This document shows, piece by piece, positions 36,509 through 45,788 of a stretch of DNA of 64,000 nucleotides. The translations under genes were made by a program, and so were the position numbers. This DNA is from Alphaproteobacteria bacterium (GTDB lineage Bacteria > Pseudomonadota > Alphaproteobacteria > Caulobacterales > Hyphomonadaceae), in the NCBI GenBank assembly GCA_018969425.1, contig JAGWYJ010000014.1, positions 309-64,308 on the forward strand, written 5' to 3'. The first letter of the stretch is position 1. Each line of letters starts with the position of its first letter. Under the pieces are notes generated by a model that saw only the letters and a list, made by a program, of their open reading frames with translations, was not told the DNA's origin and searched no databases.

Positions 36509-37288
36509 GTGTCAGAATGTGCAGGGCGAGGGGTCGCCGCCTTCGTTTCCCTGTTCATAGCCTCCTGCAGCGCGCCGTCTCCGCCGAAGGAGGTAAGGAT
36601 TTTCGCCGCTTCAAGCCTTCAGGGCGTTCTGGAGAGGGTCGTGCAGGAGGCCTGCGCCGGCCAGACGCCGCTCTTCAGCTTCGCCTCCAGCGCGGAGCTC
36701 GCGCGGCAGATCGAGCAGGGCGCCCGGGCCGACGTCTTCTGGAGCGCGGATGGGGAGTGGATCGACTATCTCGAAGACCGGTCCCTGATCGATCATGCCC
36801 TCAGGGTCGATTTTCCGGGCAACGCCCTGGTCCTGATCGCTCCGGTCGATCGCGCCTTCAGTCTGGACCTGTCGCCGGGCGCCGATCTCGTTTCGGCTCT
36901 CAGGGGCGGGCGTCTGGCGCTCGCCGATCCGGACAGCGTCCCGGCCGGCCGGTACGCCCGCGAGGCCCTGACCTATCTGGGTTCCTGGGATGCGCTTTCG
37001 GCGACGGCCGCCCGGGCCCCCAATGTCCGGGCCGCTCTTCGCTTCGTTGAGACGGGAGAGGCGGCCGCCGGTATCGTCTATGCGACCGACGCGCGCGCCG
37101 CAGAGGGGCGTGTCGCCCTCGTCGGGCGCTTTCCGGCGGAGGCCCACCGTCCGATTCGCTATGCTCTGGCTCCGGTCAGCGGATCCGCCGCCGGCAAGGT
37201 CCTTGCGGGGTGCCTGACCTCTCCGGCGGCCCGTCGCGAGCTCGGTGAGGCCGGTTTTGACGTGTCTGAGCCCGCCCACAGCCGGTGA
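36509..37288 (+). CDS. modA: Molybdate ABC transporter substrate-binding lipoprotein
   Basis: Lipobox 'LFIASC', 'IFAASSLQGVLERV' and 'ADPDSVPAGRYAREAL'. GTG at 36509 lies 8 nt after AAGGGAG. Alternative ATG at 36476 overlaps modC. Confidence 0.85.
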   Translation: MSECAGRGVAAFVSLFIASCSAPSPPKEVRIFAASSLQGVLERVVQEACAGQTPLFSFASSAELARQIEQGARADVFWSADGEWIDYLEDRSLIDHALRVDFPGNALVLIAPVDRAFSLDLSPGADLVSALRGGRLALADPDSVPAGRYAREALTYLGSWDALSATAARAPNVRAALRFVETGEAAAGIVYATDARAAEGRVALVGRFPAEAHRPIRYALAPVSGSAAGKVLAGCLTSPAARRELGEAGFDVSEPAHSR

Positions 37289-37330
37289 GCCGGATGGTGT
37301 CGGGGAGGCCCTCTCTGGAAATTTACCCAT

Positions 37331-37349
37331 GGGCGCCCTTAGGGCGCCC
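37331..37349 (+). terminator. Hairpin after modA
   Basis: GGGCGCCC-TTA-GGGCGCCC followed by a T-containing tail (tgttgccgttt). Confidence 0.45.
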
Positions 37350-37408
37350 TGTTGCCGTTTGCGGAAAGCGCGCGCATTTTGTCGCAACGTGACTCTATCT
37401 GGAGCCTG

Positions 37409-39466
37409 ATGATGAAGCTTCGTCTCCTTTCCAAAACCTCCGCCGGCGTTCTGTCCGCAGGACTGGCGCTGGCCGTCTCGGCCCTCGCTCTCGCCGCCAA
37501 CGGCGCTCCCTCCCGGACCGAGCCCGGTCCGGTGAGCGGCGACAGGGTCGATAATTTCATGCTCGCCGATCAGTTTGGCGTGGGGCACGAGCTTTTCTAC
37601 CACGCCGCTCAGCCGGCGATCGTGATTGTCACGACCGCGATCGGCGACCCCGCATCCTCCCGCGCGATCGAGGCGGTCTCGAAGCTGCGCGAGAGCTACG
37701 CCTCCAAGGGAGTGGAGTTCTTCTTCCTCAACTCGAAGCTCGGAGACGATCGCTTCGAGATCGAGAAGGCTTTTGCGGGCGTCCAGATTCCGGTTCTTTC
37801 AGACGATCTGCAGCTGGTCGGCCGCTCGATGGGCGTGACCTCGACCGCCGAGGCCTTCGTGATCAATCCGAAGACCTGGACCGTCGCCTATCACGGACCG
37901 GTGGACGCCTCGTTCGCCAGGAAGAAGGTCAAGGGCGCCAGCCTTGAGGCGGCGCTCGACGCCGTGCTGGCCGGCCGCGCTGTTGAGGCGACCGACATTG
38001 CGGTGAAGGGAGAGGCTCTCGCCTTCCCGGACCGCGCGAAGGCGGCTCAGTTCGCGAAGATCTCCTACTCGACCGAGGTGGCCCCCATCCTCGCTGAGAA
38101 GTGCGTGGTCTGCCACACAGAGGGAGGGCTCGCTCCCTTCGCCATGAACAATTACACGACGGTCAAGGGCTTCGCGCCCATGATCCGTGAGTCAATTCGC
38201 ACCAGGCGCATGCCTCCCTTCCACGCCGATCCGCACTGGGGAAGCTGGAAGAATGACATGAACCTCACCGAGAGCCAGGTGAAGACGATCGTCAACTGGG
38301 TTGAGGCCGGCGCCCCGCGCGGCGAGGGTCCCGATCCGCTGCCGTCCGCCGCCAAGCCGGCCCCTGAATGGCCTCTTGGCGAGCCAGACATGATCGTGAA
38401 GATCCCTGGATACGACGTTCCTGCAACGGGCGTGGTCGACTACCAGGACTGGTCGATCCCCACGGGTCTGACCGAAGGCAAGTGGCTGAAGGCGACCTCC
38501 TGGCGCGCTGGCGCCGTGCCGACCGTTCACCACGTGCTGGCGGGCTGGATGCCTGAGGTTCGTGCGGACGGGCGGGGGTTCAGCTGGAACACGTCGCTCG
38601 GCGGCTATGGTCCGGGCGGGGAATCCAACCTCTCGCCGGACGCCACAGGCACCTATATCCCGCCCGGCGGATCCTTCTCCTTCCAGATGCACTACACGCC
38701 CGTCGGCAAGCCGATGAGAGATGAGACCCGTGTGGGTCTCTATTTCCACAAGGAGGATCCTAAATACATTCTCCGTCAGGCGAGCGTCACCGACTTCTCG
38801 CTGGAAATCCCCGCCGGCGCCGCCCGTCACAAAGAGCGCGCCTATCTTGAGTTTCCTCATGACGCTCTGATCTACGGCACGCAGCCTCACTGCCATTCCC
38901 GCTGCTACGCCACGAAGCTGACCATCCGCTATCCGGATGGCGCCGAGAAAGTTCTTCTGACCCAGCCGCGCTATGACTTCGGATGGCAGAGGGAGTACAT
39001 TTTCGACGAGCTGCTCGAAGTCCCGGCCGGCTCGAAACTGATTGCGGATTATGTCTTCGACAACTCCGCCGCCAACAAGTCCAATCCTGACGCCAGCAAG
39101 GACGTGACCTTCGGCGAGCAGACCTCGGAGGAGATGCTGTTCACCTTCGTCCGCTACCGCTGGAAGGACGAGACTTCGACGACCCGCAAGGACGACTATC
39201 AGCGGGATCTGCAGAACAACATCATGTTCGGCGCCCTTGATGACAACATCGACGGCAAGCTCGAAGTCGCCGAGTTCCGCAACTCTCCGCGCTTTGCGCC
39301 CTTCAAGCAGTTCCTGCCGATGGTCGACAAGAACAAGGATGGCGGTCTGGACAAGGCTGAACTCGCCTCAGCCATGGAGATGATGCAGAAGATGCGTCGT
39401 CCCGGGGCGGCTGCGGCGCAGGCGCCGGACAAGGGCACGGCGGCGATGACCGGTCAGAGCCGTTAA
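37409..39466 (+). CDS. Secreted multidomain protein: Cys-less thioredoxin-fold + c-type haem domain + PHM/DBH-like copper monooxygenase + two EF-hands
   Basis: Signal peptide 'MMKLRLLSKTSAGVLSAGLALAVSALALA'. Redoxin-like region has no CxxC. Haem site is 'CVVCH' with distal 'RRMPPF'. Cu ligand pattern is 'TVHHVLAG', 'FQMHYT', 'PHCHSRC' and 'SEEMLF'. EF-hand loops are 'DDNIDGKLEVAEF' and 'DKNKDGGLDKAEL'. Confidence 0.8.
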   Translation: MMKLRLLSKTSAGVLSAGLALAVSALALAANGAPSRTEPGPVSGDRVDNFMLADQFGVGHELFYHAAQPAIVIVTTAIGDPASSRAIEAVSKLRESYASKGVEFFFLNSKLGDDRFEIEKAFAGVQIPVLSDDLQLVGRSMGVTSTAEAFVINPKTWTVAYHGPVDASFARKKVKGASLEAALDAVLAGRAVEATDIAVKGEALAFPDRAKAAQFAKISYSTEVAPILAEKCVVCHTEGGLAPFAMNNYTTVKGFAPMIRESIRTRRMPPFHADPHWGSWKNDMNLTESQVKTIVNWVEAGAPRGEGPDPLPSAAKPAPEWPLGEPDMIVKIPGYDVPATGVVDYQDWSIPTGLTEGKWLKATSWRAGAVPTVHHVLAGWMPEVRADGRGFSWNTSLGGYGPGGESNLSPDATGTYIPPGGSFSFQMHYTPVGKPMRDETRVGLYFHKEDPKYILRQASVTDFSLEIPAGAARHKERAYLEFPHDALIYGTQPHCHSRCYATKLTIRYPDGAEKVLLTQPRYDFGWQREYIFDELLEVPAGSKLIADYVFDNSAANKSNPDASKDVTFGEQTSEEMLFTFVRYRWKDETSTTRKDDYQRDLQNNIMFGALDDNIDGKLEVAEFRNSPRFAPFKQFLPMVDKNKDGGLDKAELASAMEMMQKMRRPGAAAAQAPDKGTAAMTGQSR

Positions 39467-39503
39467 TCGGTCTCTGACCGAGATCGACCGGTCTCACAGA
39501 CAA

Positions 39504-39532
39504 ACGCCCGCCCGGTTTCGGGCGGGCGTTTT
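39504..39532. terminator. Bidirectional intrinsic terminator
   Basis: ACGCCCGCCC-GGTTTC-GGGCGGGCGT is flanked by A-run and T-run. It lies between the convergent monooxygenase-like gene and the phospholipase C gene. Confidence 0.85.
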
Positions 39533-39563
39533 CCGTTACAGCGATGAAGAGCGTCCGCCTTTC

Positions 39564-41687
39564 TCAGGCGGACAGGGGATCGTGAAGCAGCGCTTCTCCC
39601 GACATGGCGGGATCCGAGATCGAGGGTCGCCCCGTTTCAATCCGTCCGGCGAAGCGCCGGTGGAAGGAGGCCGCGTCGCCGGATGATACGGCCAGATCAT
39701 ACCATCCGCCGGTCTCTCCGAGGCGCCAGGTTCGTCGTGCGCTTCGTCCGGGTTCGAGAACGAGGCGCACAGCACGATGCTGGCTCTGATAGGCGAGCGG
39801 ATCAATCATCAGGCGGAGCGGGCGTTCGGTGGGGTTTGACAGAGCCAGCGTGAGGCTGCGCCTGTCGCGCGAGGTCTCGAGATCGATCGACGGTCCGTTC
39901 GCGCCCGTCTGCCGGATACGTCGATGGAAGCCGTTGGGGCCGAGAATGAAGAGATCGTGATTATCTCCTGTCCAGTCCCCGTCCAGACGGGCGCCCGGGA
40001 CGACGGTGTAGCGTCGCGGCGTCTGAAGGGGATTGAGCCGATCATAGACATGAAACACGGCCCCCGCGCGTCCATCATTGACGAAGGCGAGGCGAAGGCC
40101 GGATGGGAGACGTGTCTCCCTGACGTCGAGCCGATAGGGCAGCGGCCTTGAGGGGCGCACGCCGGCCTCCTGACGCGGAGCCGATGGCGTCTGAGGGGTG
40201 GGAGGCCGGGTCCGTTTCGCGAGCTGTCCTGCCCGTTCGGCGGCCTGAAGCGTCTCGGGCAGGTCCGTGCGGAACGAGGTGTCATTGGGTGTTGCGAAGT
40301 CGAACGCGCTCGTGAGGTCGCCGCAAACCGAACGCCGCCAGGCCGAGATATTGGGCTCGGGCACGCCGAAGCGGGTCTCGAGAAACCGGATGACGGATGT
40401 GTGGTCGAACACCTCGGAATTCACCCACCCGCCCCGACTCCAGGGCGAGATCACATACATCGGCACGCGCGGACCAAGACCGTAGGGCTTGCCCATCAGC
40501 GCATCGCGATCCGCCGAGGCCTCCGAGGGGGCCTTTACGAGATGATACTCCCCCGTCGTGTCGACCGACGAGGAGCCCGCCGGCCCCCCCGGTCCTATCG
40601 ACGGGGGCGCGGGCGGCGGGACATGATCGAAGAAGCCGTCATTCTCGTCGAACATCACGAACAGGACGGTTTTCGCCCAGACCTTCGGATCGGATGTCAG
40701 CGCATCGAGCACGCGGGCGGTATAGTCGGCGCCCTGCGCGGGAGAGGACGGCATGGGATGCTCGGAGTCCTTGGCGGGAGCGATGATATAGGAGACGGAC
40801 GGCAGCGCCCCGGAGAGAACGTCTTCCTTCAGCCCGTCGAGCAGACGTGTCGTGTGAGCGAGCTCTGCGAGCCTCGGGTCAGACCCGGGCGCCTTCGAGA
40901 AACTGTCCCGGAAGGCCTGGAAGCCGGCGAGGGGGTTGTCGTCGAAATTGTCAGCCATGTCCTGATAGATGCGCCAGGAGACCCCCGCCGCCAGCAGGCG
41001 CTCGACATAGCTGGTCCAGGTATAGCCCTCTTTCGCGCTCCCCCTGGTCGCGAAGTTGTCATGCGAGTTGGATATGCCCGGTCCTCCAAAGCGACCGGAC
41101 GGGTCGTTGGTTCCGGTCCAGAGGAAGAGGCGGTTGGGATTGGTGCCTCCCTGAAACGAGCAGTGATAGGCGTCGCAGACGGTGAAGGCGTCAGCGAGAG
41201 CGTACTGGAAGGGCAGGTCGGAGCGTTCGTAATAGCCCATCGAGTGCGCCGTCTTGTGGTGAGGCCACCGGCTCATGCGGCCGTCATCCCAGGCGAACTG
41301 GGCGTCCGCCCAAACGTGGGGCGTCCCTTCGACGCGCATGTGGGCGAAGGTCTCATCAGTCTTCAGAGCAAAGGGCGCGATGCACGCGTCAGGCGCGATC
41401 GCTCCTGGCGCCGGCTGCATCCAGCACGTGGCGCCTCGCCCCATCTCTCCGGTTGATGGGATGACAAAGCGGTCTGCAAAGCCCCGCACCCCGTTCAGCG
41501 CTCCGAAATAATGATCGAAGGATCGGTTCTCCTGCATCAGGATCACCACGTGCTCGACATCCGTGATGTCGCCCTTGCGGACATCGGCGGGAATGGCGCG
41601 GGCGCGGGCGATCGCGGGCGGGAGGGCGAGGCTGGCGGCCCCTCCGGCGGCGGCGATCATCATGGCGCGGCGGCTGAACTGGGTCAT
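39564..41687 (-). CDS. Phosphocholine-specific (non-haemolytic type) phospholipase C, Tat-exported
   Basis: Tat signal 'FSRRAMMIAAAGGAASLALPPAIARA'. Phosphoesterase motif 'VVILMQENRSFDHYFG'. About 700 aa with a duplicated C-terminal domain. ATG at 41687 was chosen. Confidence 0.88.
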   Translation of the reverse strand: MTQFSRRAMMIAAAGGAASLALPPAIARARAIPADVRKGDITDVEHVVILMQENRSFDHYFGALNGVRGFADRFVIPSTGEMGRGATCWMQPAPGAIAPDACIAPFALKTDETFAHMRVEGTPHVWADAQFAWDDGRMSRWPHHKTAHSMGYYERSDLPFQYALADAFTVCDAYHCSFQGGTNPNRLFLWTGTNDPSGRFGGPGISNSHDNFATRGSAKEGYTWTSYVERLLAAGVSWRIYQDMADNFDDNPLAGFQAFRDSFSKAPGSDPRLAELAHTTRLLDGLKEDVLSGALPSVSYIIAPAKDSEHPMPSSPAQGADYTARVLDALTSDPKVWAKTVLFVMFDENDGFFDHVPPPAPPSIGPGGPAGSSSVDTTGEYHLVKAPSEASADRDALMGKPYGLGPRVPMYVISPWSRGGWVNSEVFDHTSVIRFLETRFGVPEPNISAWRRSVCGDLTSAFDFATPNDTSFRTDLPETLQAAERAGQLAKRTRPPTPQTPSAPRQEAGVRPSRPLPYRLDVRETRLPSGLRLAFVNDGRAGAVFHVYDRLNPLQTPRRYTVVPGARLDGDWTGDNHDLFILGPNGFHRRIRQTGANGPSIDLETSRDRRSLTLALSNPTERPLRLMIDPLAYQSQHRAVRLVLEPGRSARRTWRLGETGGWYDLAVSSGDAASFHRRFAGRIETGRPSISDPAMSGEALLHDPLSA

Positions 41688-41886
41688 GGTCGAACATCCT
41701 CGTCGATGAAAGTGATCAGGCCACACTTCGTCGGAAACGCCAAGGCGGGGGGGAGGCGCAGGGCTTCCTCTGATAACCTCCTTTGCATGACGCTTCTGCG
41801 ACATGCCGCCTGATCAGGAGCAAGCGCGCCGGCCGCGCGTCGTGGAATAGCTTCCCGTTGTTGTCCTGATCTGGAGGAGCGCTCCA

Positions 41887-42417
41887 ATGCTGAGACGCGG
41901 TTTTCTGGGAGGGGTCGCCGCCCTGAGCGTGATCGCCTGTGTTCACGTCGAGGCGTCTCCGCCGGGAGGGGCCCACCCATCGTCTGTGAAGGCCCACGCT
42001 GAGCACGGGTCCGGAGCCTCGCCCGCCGGGGCGATGAGCATGGGCGGAGGAAAGATGATGGACATGGCCTCGGGCGAGGCGATGGCGTGCCCGGCGGGCA
42101 GGCTCGCTTCGGCGGATCGTCTGGATGCGTTAAGCGCGAGCCTTGAACTCAGTCCGGATCAGGAGGCCGCCTTCAGAGAGTTCGTCCAGGCGATCGGCGA
42201 ATTCCGGATGATGCGGCATGAGGGAATGATGACGATGGCGGAGAGGAGCAAGATGAGCCTTCCCCAACGCCTGCTGGCCCATGAACACATGATGGACGAT
42301 CATCTGCTGCGTCTTAAGTCGCTGCGACGCGCGAGCGAGATTTTTTATGAACGTCTTACCCCTGATCAGCGTTCGAAGGCCGAGGCGCTGGTCTGCGGAG
42401 GCGGCCACCAGGGCTGA
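41887..42417 (+). CDS. Spy/CpxP-family periplasmic protein (LTxxQ motifs)
   Basis: Signal peptide 'MLRRGFLGGVAALSVIAC'. LTxxQ-type repeats 'LSPDQEAAFREF' and 'LTPDQRSKAEAL'. Met/His-rich. Confidence 0.7.
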   Translation: MLRRGFLGGVAALSVIACVHVEASPPGGAHPSSVKAHAEHGSGASPAGAMSMGGGKMMDMASGEAMACPAGRLASADRLDALSASLELSPDQEAAFREFVQAIGEFRMMRHEGMMTMAERSKMSLPQRLLAHEHMMDDHLLRLKSLRRASEIFYERLTPDQRSKAEALVCGGGHQG

Positions 42418-42449
42418 CGCGCGTCCTCGCCTCTGAGTTCATCCAGAGA

Positions 42450-42809
42450 TCAGCAGTCAAACCTGGTGCTGCTGAGATGAACTGAGGGGGAGGTGTAAAA
42501 AAACTCACTGGCTTCCCCGCCGCCAAGGTAGACCGGTGTCTCGAGGCCCGAGTTGTAAACGATGACAAACTCACGGTCGTAATCGGTCATGTTGACGATC
42601 CGGACGTAGGCCTGATTGTTCACAATGCCGTAGTCTACCCGGTACGGGCAGCCTTTGTCTCCGCTGAGCGTATCGGAGTAATGGACGTCATCCCAATAGG
42701 CGCCCTGCTCCATAGCCATGGCGTCGTCGAGATACATCAGGCTGGTCCCAAGTTCCGCGCATCCCGTCGTCAGCAGAGCGCCTGCAAGGATGGCGAAGCG
42801 AGTAAACAT
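42450..42809 (-). CDS. Orphan lipoprotein in a visibly lower-GC patch
   Basis: Lipobox 'LAGALLTTGC'. 119 aa ending in Cys. ATG at 42809 was chosen. No family recognised. Confidence 0.5.
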   Translation of the reverse strand: MFTRFAILAGALLTTGCAELGTSLMYLDDAMAMEQGAYWDDVHYSDTLSGDKGCPYRVDYGIVNNQAYVRIVNMTDYDREFVIVYNSGLETPVYLGGGEASEFFYTSPSVHLSSTRFDC

Positions 42810-42944
42810 GAGATCGTCTCCACGAAGCTGGCGTGCAGCGGGTCTGAAAAGTATCGGCACAACGAATGGGGGATTACCCTGCAGCTCGTCCTGACGCCAG
42901 CTTTTTCAACGGTGAACCGGGAAACAGCGCGTTGAGGCGATACC

Positions 42945-44759
42945 TCAGGCGGAAGGCGCCAATGATGCAGGCAGCCGGATCGGAATATCGAGCAGCTGCT
43001 GGGCCTTGGCTTTGGCCAGAGCATCCAGTCGGAGACTGGAGAACTGACCCCCGCCAAGAGCTTCCATGAAGTGGAGATTGACCGCTTTCAGTCCCGGCAG
43101 ATCATAGAGCCTGACCCTCGGGGCCTTCGCGCCTTCGAACTCATGGGCGAACCAGTCCTTCATCCGCGCTTCCGAAAGCCCCTCCCGGATCCAGGGAAGG
43201 AAGGCCGGATCCCGGGCGATCACGCCGATATTGAACGCATCGCCCTTGTCCCCTGATCGCGCCCAGGCGAGGGCGATGAGCGGACGCTCGACCATCTCCC
43301 CTGACGCAGGCGCGCAGGACGGGGGCGAAGGCCTTTCGACCATTGTCGGGTCAAAGACATCGCTGAGCGCAGGAGGCTCGTCCATGAACGTATCCTCGCC
43401 AATGGAGATCCTGGCCGGACACTCCTGACGATCCAGAAGGACCGAAAACACCCGTGAGACGGGCGTGATGGTGGGAGGTCCCCCAAACCATCCCGTCGAT
43501 CCCACGCTCATGGAGGTCGTCGGCGAGTTGAACTCCCGCATCATCAGTTTGAGGGCGTCGGCGTCGACATGTTCCGCTCCGATGCGGGCGACGACCTCCC
43601 GGGTCGCCTGCGCCTCGGGTCGGGCGTGTGCGCCGTAACTCGCCTCCGCGCCCAGAATTTCGATTCTGTGATCTCTGAGCGGGGGCAGGTTCCGGTCCCG
43701 CAGCATCTCCGACAGGCGTTCGATGAGCGCGCGCGCCTGACGCGCCGCTTTCTGAGCCGCCTCGCGTCCGACCACGGGCATCGCGCCAATGAAGCGATAT
43801 CCGTCCCCCCAGGTCAGGCAGACCTTGTAGCGTCCGCTTGGGGGATAGCCTCGCGCGCCGGACACCCGGACGCGCTCCGGCCCGGCTTCAGAGACCTCGA
43901 CCTGCGTGAAGTCGCAGACGACATCCGGCAGCGCATAGCCCTGCGGATCCCCCACTTCATAGAGGATCTGTTCGGCGACGGCGGCGGGCGAGACCAGTCC
44001 TCCCGTTCCGGGAGGCTTCTCGACGAAGAACGTTCCGTCCGGCATGCATTCGACCACAGGATAACCGATATGGGTCCAGTCCGGCACCTCCTCCCAGTCG
44101 GTGAACAGGCCTCCGGTCGCCTGAGCGCCGCATTCGATCACATGCCCGGCCAGCGATCCCGCAGACAGAAGATCGTAGGCGTCCTGTCTCCATCCGAACT
44201 CATGCATCAGCGGGCCGAGCGTGAGGGCGCTGTCGACCACTCGTCCCGTGATGACCATGTCCGCCCCAGCCGCGAGGGCTGCGGCGATCGGGGAGGCGCC
44301 GAAATACGCGTTCGCGGTGAACACCGCCTCGGGAGAGGGCATGTTCGCGCCCGTGAACATTTCACGCAGGCCGCGTGACGTCAGTTCGGGAAGGCGCGAG
44401 GAGAGATCATCTCCCTCGACGATGGCGATCCTGAACGACAGACCGGCGGCGCGGGCATGCGCCATCATGCGCTCGCGGCAGGCCCGTGGGTTGAGACCCC
44501 CGGCGTTGGTGACGACCTTGACGCCCTGCGCCTTGAACTCTCGGAGGTTGTCCTTCCACACCCAGTCGGTGAAATCGCGGGCGTATCCCTGATCCGGACG
44601 CGCGGCCCGGAGCTGACCGAGCGAGGACATGGTCGCCTCGGCGAGATAATCGAGGATCATGTAGTCGAGCCGCCCGCCCTTAAGCAGCTGCGGGGCCGCC
44701 AGGGAGCTGTCGCCCAGAAAGCCGCCCGCCCCGCCGATCCGAACCGAAGATCTCGTCAT
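42945..44759 (-). CDS. AtuA-family (DUF1446) protein with an extended or fused C-terminal domain
   Basis: 'VRIGGAGGFLGDSSLAAPQLLKGGRLDYMILDYLAEATMS' is an N-terminus typical of AtuA/DUF1446. At 604 aa it is longer than the roughly 450-aa core. Confidence 0.8.
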   Translation of the reverse strand: MTRSSVRIGGAGGFLGDSSLAAPQLLKGGRLDYMILDYLAEATMSSLGQLRAARPDQGYARDFTDWVWKDNLREFKAQGVKVVTNAGGLNPRACRERMMAHARAAGLSFRIAIVEGDDLSSRLPELTSRGLREMFTGANMPSPEAVFTANAYFGASPIAAALAAGADMVITGRVVDSALTLGPLMHEFGWRQDAYDLLSAGSLAGHVIECGAQATGGLFTDWEEVPDWTHIGYPVVECMPDGTFFVEKPPGTGGLVSPAAVAEQILYEVGDPQGYALPDVVCDFTQVEVSEAGPERVRVSGARGYPPSGRYKVCLTWGDGYRFIGAMPVVGREAAQKAARQARALIERLSEMLRDRNLPPLRDHRIEILGAEASYGAHARPEAQATREVVARIGAEHVDADALKLMMREFNSPTTSMSVGSTGWFGGPPTITPVSRVFSVLLDRQECPARISIGEDTFMDEPPALSDVFDPTMVERPSPPSCAPASGEMVERPLIALAWARSGDKGDAFNIGVIARDPAFLPWIREGLSEARMKDWFAHEFEGAKAPRVRLYDLPGLKAVNLHFMEALGGGQFSSLRLDALAKAKAQQLLDIPIRLPASLAPSA

Positions 44760-44804
44760 GCATGATGTCCTTGTCGGTCCGCCCGGCGCGAGCGGAAAGA
44801 GCGA

Positions 44805-45755
44805 TCAGGCGGCCTGCGCCTGTAGCTGTTCGAACAGGTCCGCCGGGAAGGGCGAGGCGTAGGGCGTCACGCCGAGACGCTGTCGCACTGCATCGGCCGG
44901 CAGGTTCCACAGCGCAGGCCAGTCGGCGCCGAGGAGCTGCGGCGTGTTGCGGGCGTGACGCCACGCCGTCAGGATGACGTCGAAAAGAAGCGGGACGCCC
45001 TCAGGTCGGACGAGCGAGGCCTTGGCGGTCACGACAGCGAGGAACTGGGCGGAGTAATTGTGCCCGAACTGCCCAAGCTGAAACCCGGAGATCGCGACCT
45101 CATGAAGGGACGTCGTTCGATATCCCCCGATGATATGCCACAGATCATGGCATTGCAGGATCCTGACATTGAGATAGTCGAGCGGAGGCGTCAGCTTGGC
45201 CAGACCCAGAGCGTCGCGGTCAAGCACCTCGAGATCAAACCCGTTCTTCACGATCAGCTCGTGAAACTCCCATCCCAGCGAGCCTTCGGGGCAGCGCGCC
45301 AGATCTTCGATGCGGAAGCGTTCGGGCCATCCCTGTGCAGCGGCTTCTCGCACGCCGCTGAATTCGAGGCTGGCCGCAATCGCTCTCGCCTCGAAGCCGG
45401 CGTCGAGCCGTCCCCCGAGGGCGGCGGTCCGCATGGTGAAGCCTCCGGCGTCAGTCGGAGAGTCATCTTCGAGGAAGTCCCAGAAATCCTTCCACAGCTG
45501 GGCGGGCGCTTCGAGCGCGCCGGCTTGCGAGGCGTGTTCAGGGGTGGCGACCTGATCGATCCATCCTGCGGCCGCCGCATCATAGACCGAGGCGATGACG
45601 CCCGGATCGATGAACCCGGCCCGGGCGAACAGGGCGGCCAGATCGCGGGCGGCCGAGACGTCTCCGCCGCGGGCGGCCTTCGCCAGCTCGCCCGGGCTCG
45701 CCGCACCGCTGCTGGCGAGCGCCTCGAAACGGGACCGTACGCTCATCTCGATCAT
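44805..45755 (-). CDS. Coq4-like protein
   Basis: Exact Coq4 zinc motif HDxxH-x11-E: 'HDLWHIIGGYRTTSLHEVAISGFQ'. 316 aa with an N-terminal extension. Confidence 0.7.
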   Translation of the reverse strand: MIEMSVRSRFEALASSGAASPGELAKAARGGDVSAARDLAALFARAGFIDPGVIASVYDAAAAGWIDQVATPEHASQAGALEAPAQLWKDFWDFLEDDSPTDAGGFTMRTAALGGRLDAGFEARAIAASLEFSGVREAAAQGWPERFRIEDLARCPEGSLGWEFHELIVKNGFDLEVLDRDALGLAKLTPPLDYLNVRILQCHDLWHIIGGYRTTSLHEVAISGFQLGQFGHNYSAQFLAVVTAKASLVRPEGVPLLFDVILTAWRHARNTPQLLGADWPALWNLPADAVRQRLGVTPYASPFPADLFEQLQAQAA

Positions 45756-45788
45756 GGAGACCTCCCTGTCCGCAGTCTGTTTCGGAGC

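Noticed and set aside
36611-37603. 330-aa minus-strand ORF; also 40401..41456 (+), 57273..58781 (-), 51287..52318 (-), 53735..54622 (-) and 9867..10838 (-)
   Set aside because: All of these are antisense to genes with strong family signatures (modA, PLC, GH20, the exported protein, folP, scoA/scoB). They show the Arg/Gly/Pro-rich composition of non-coding frames.
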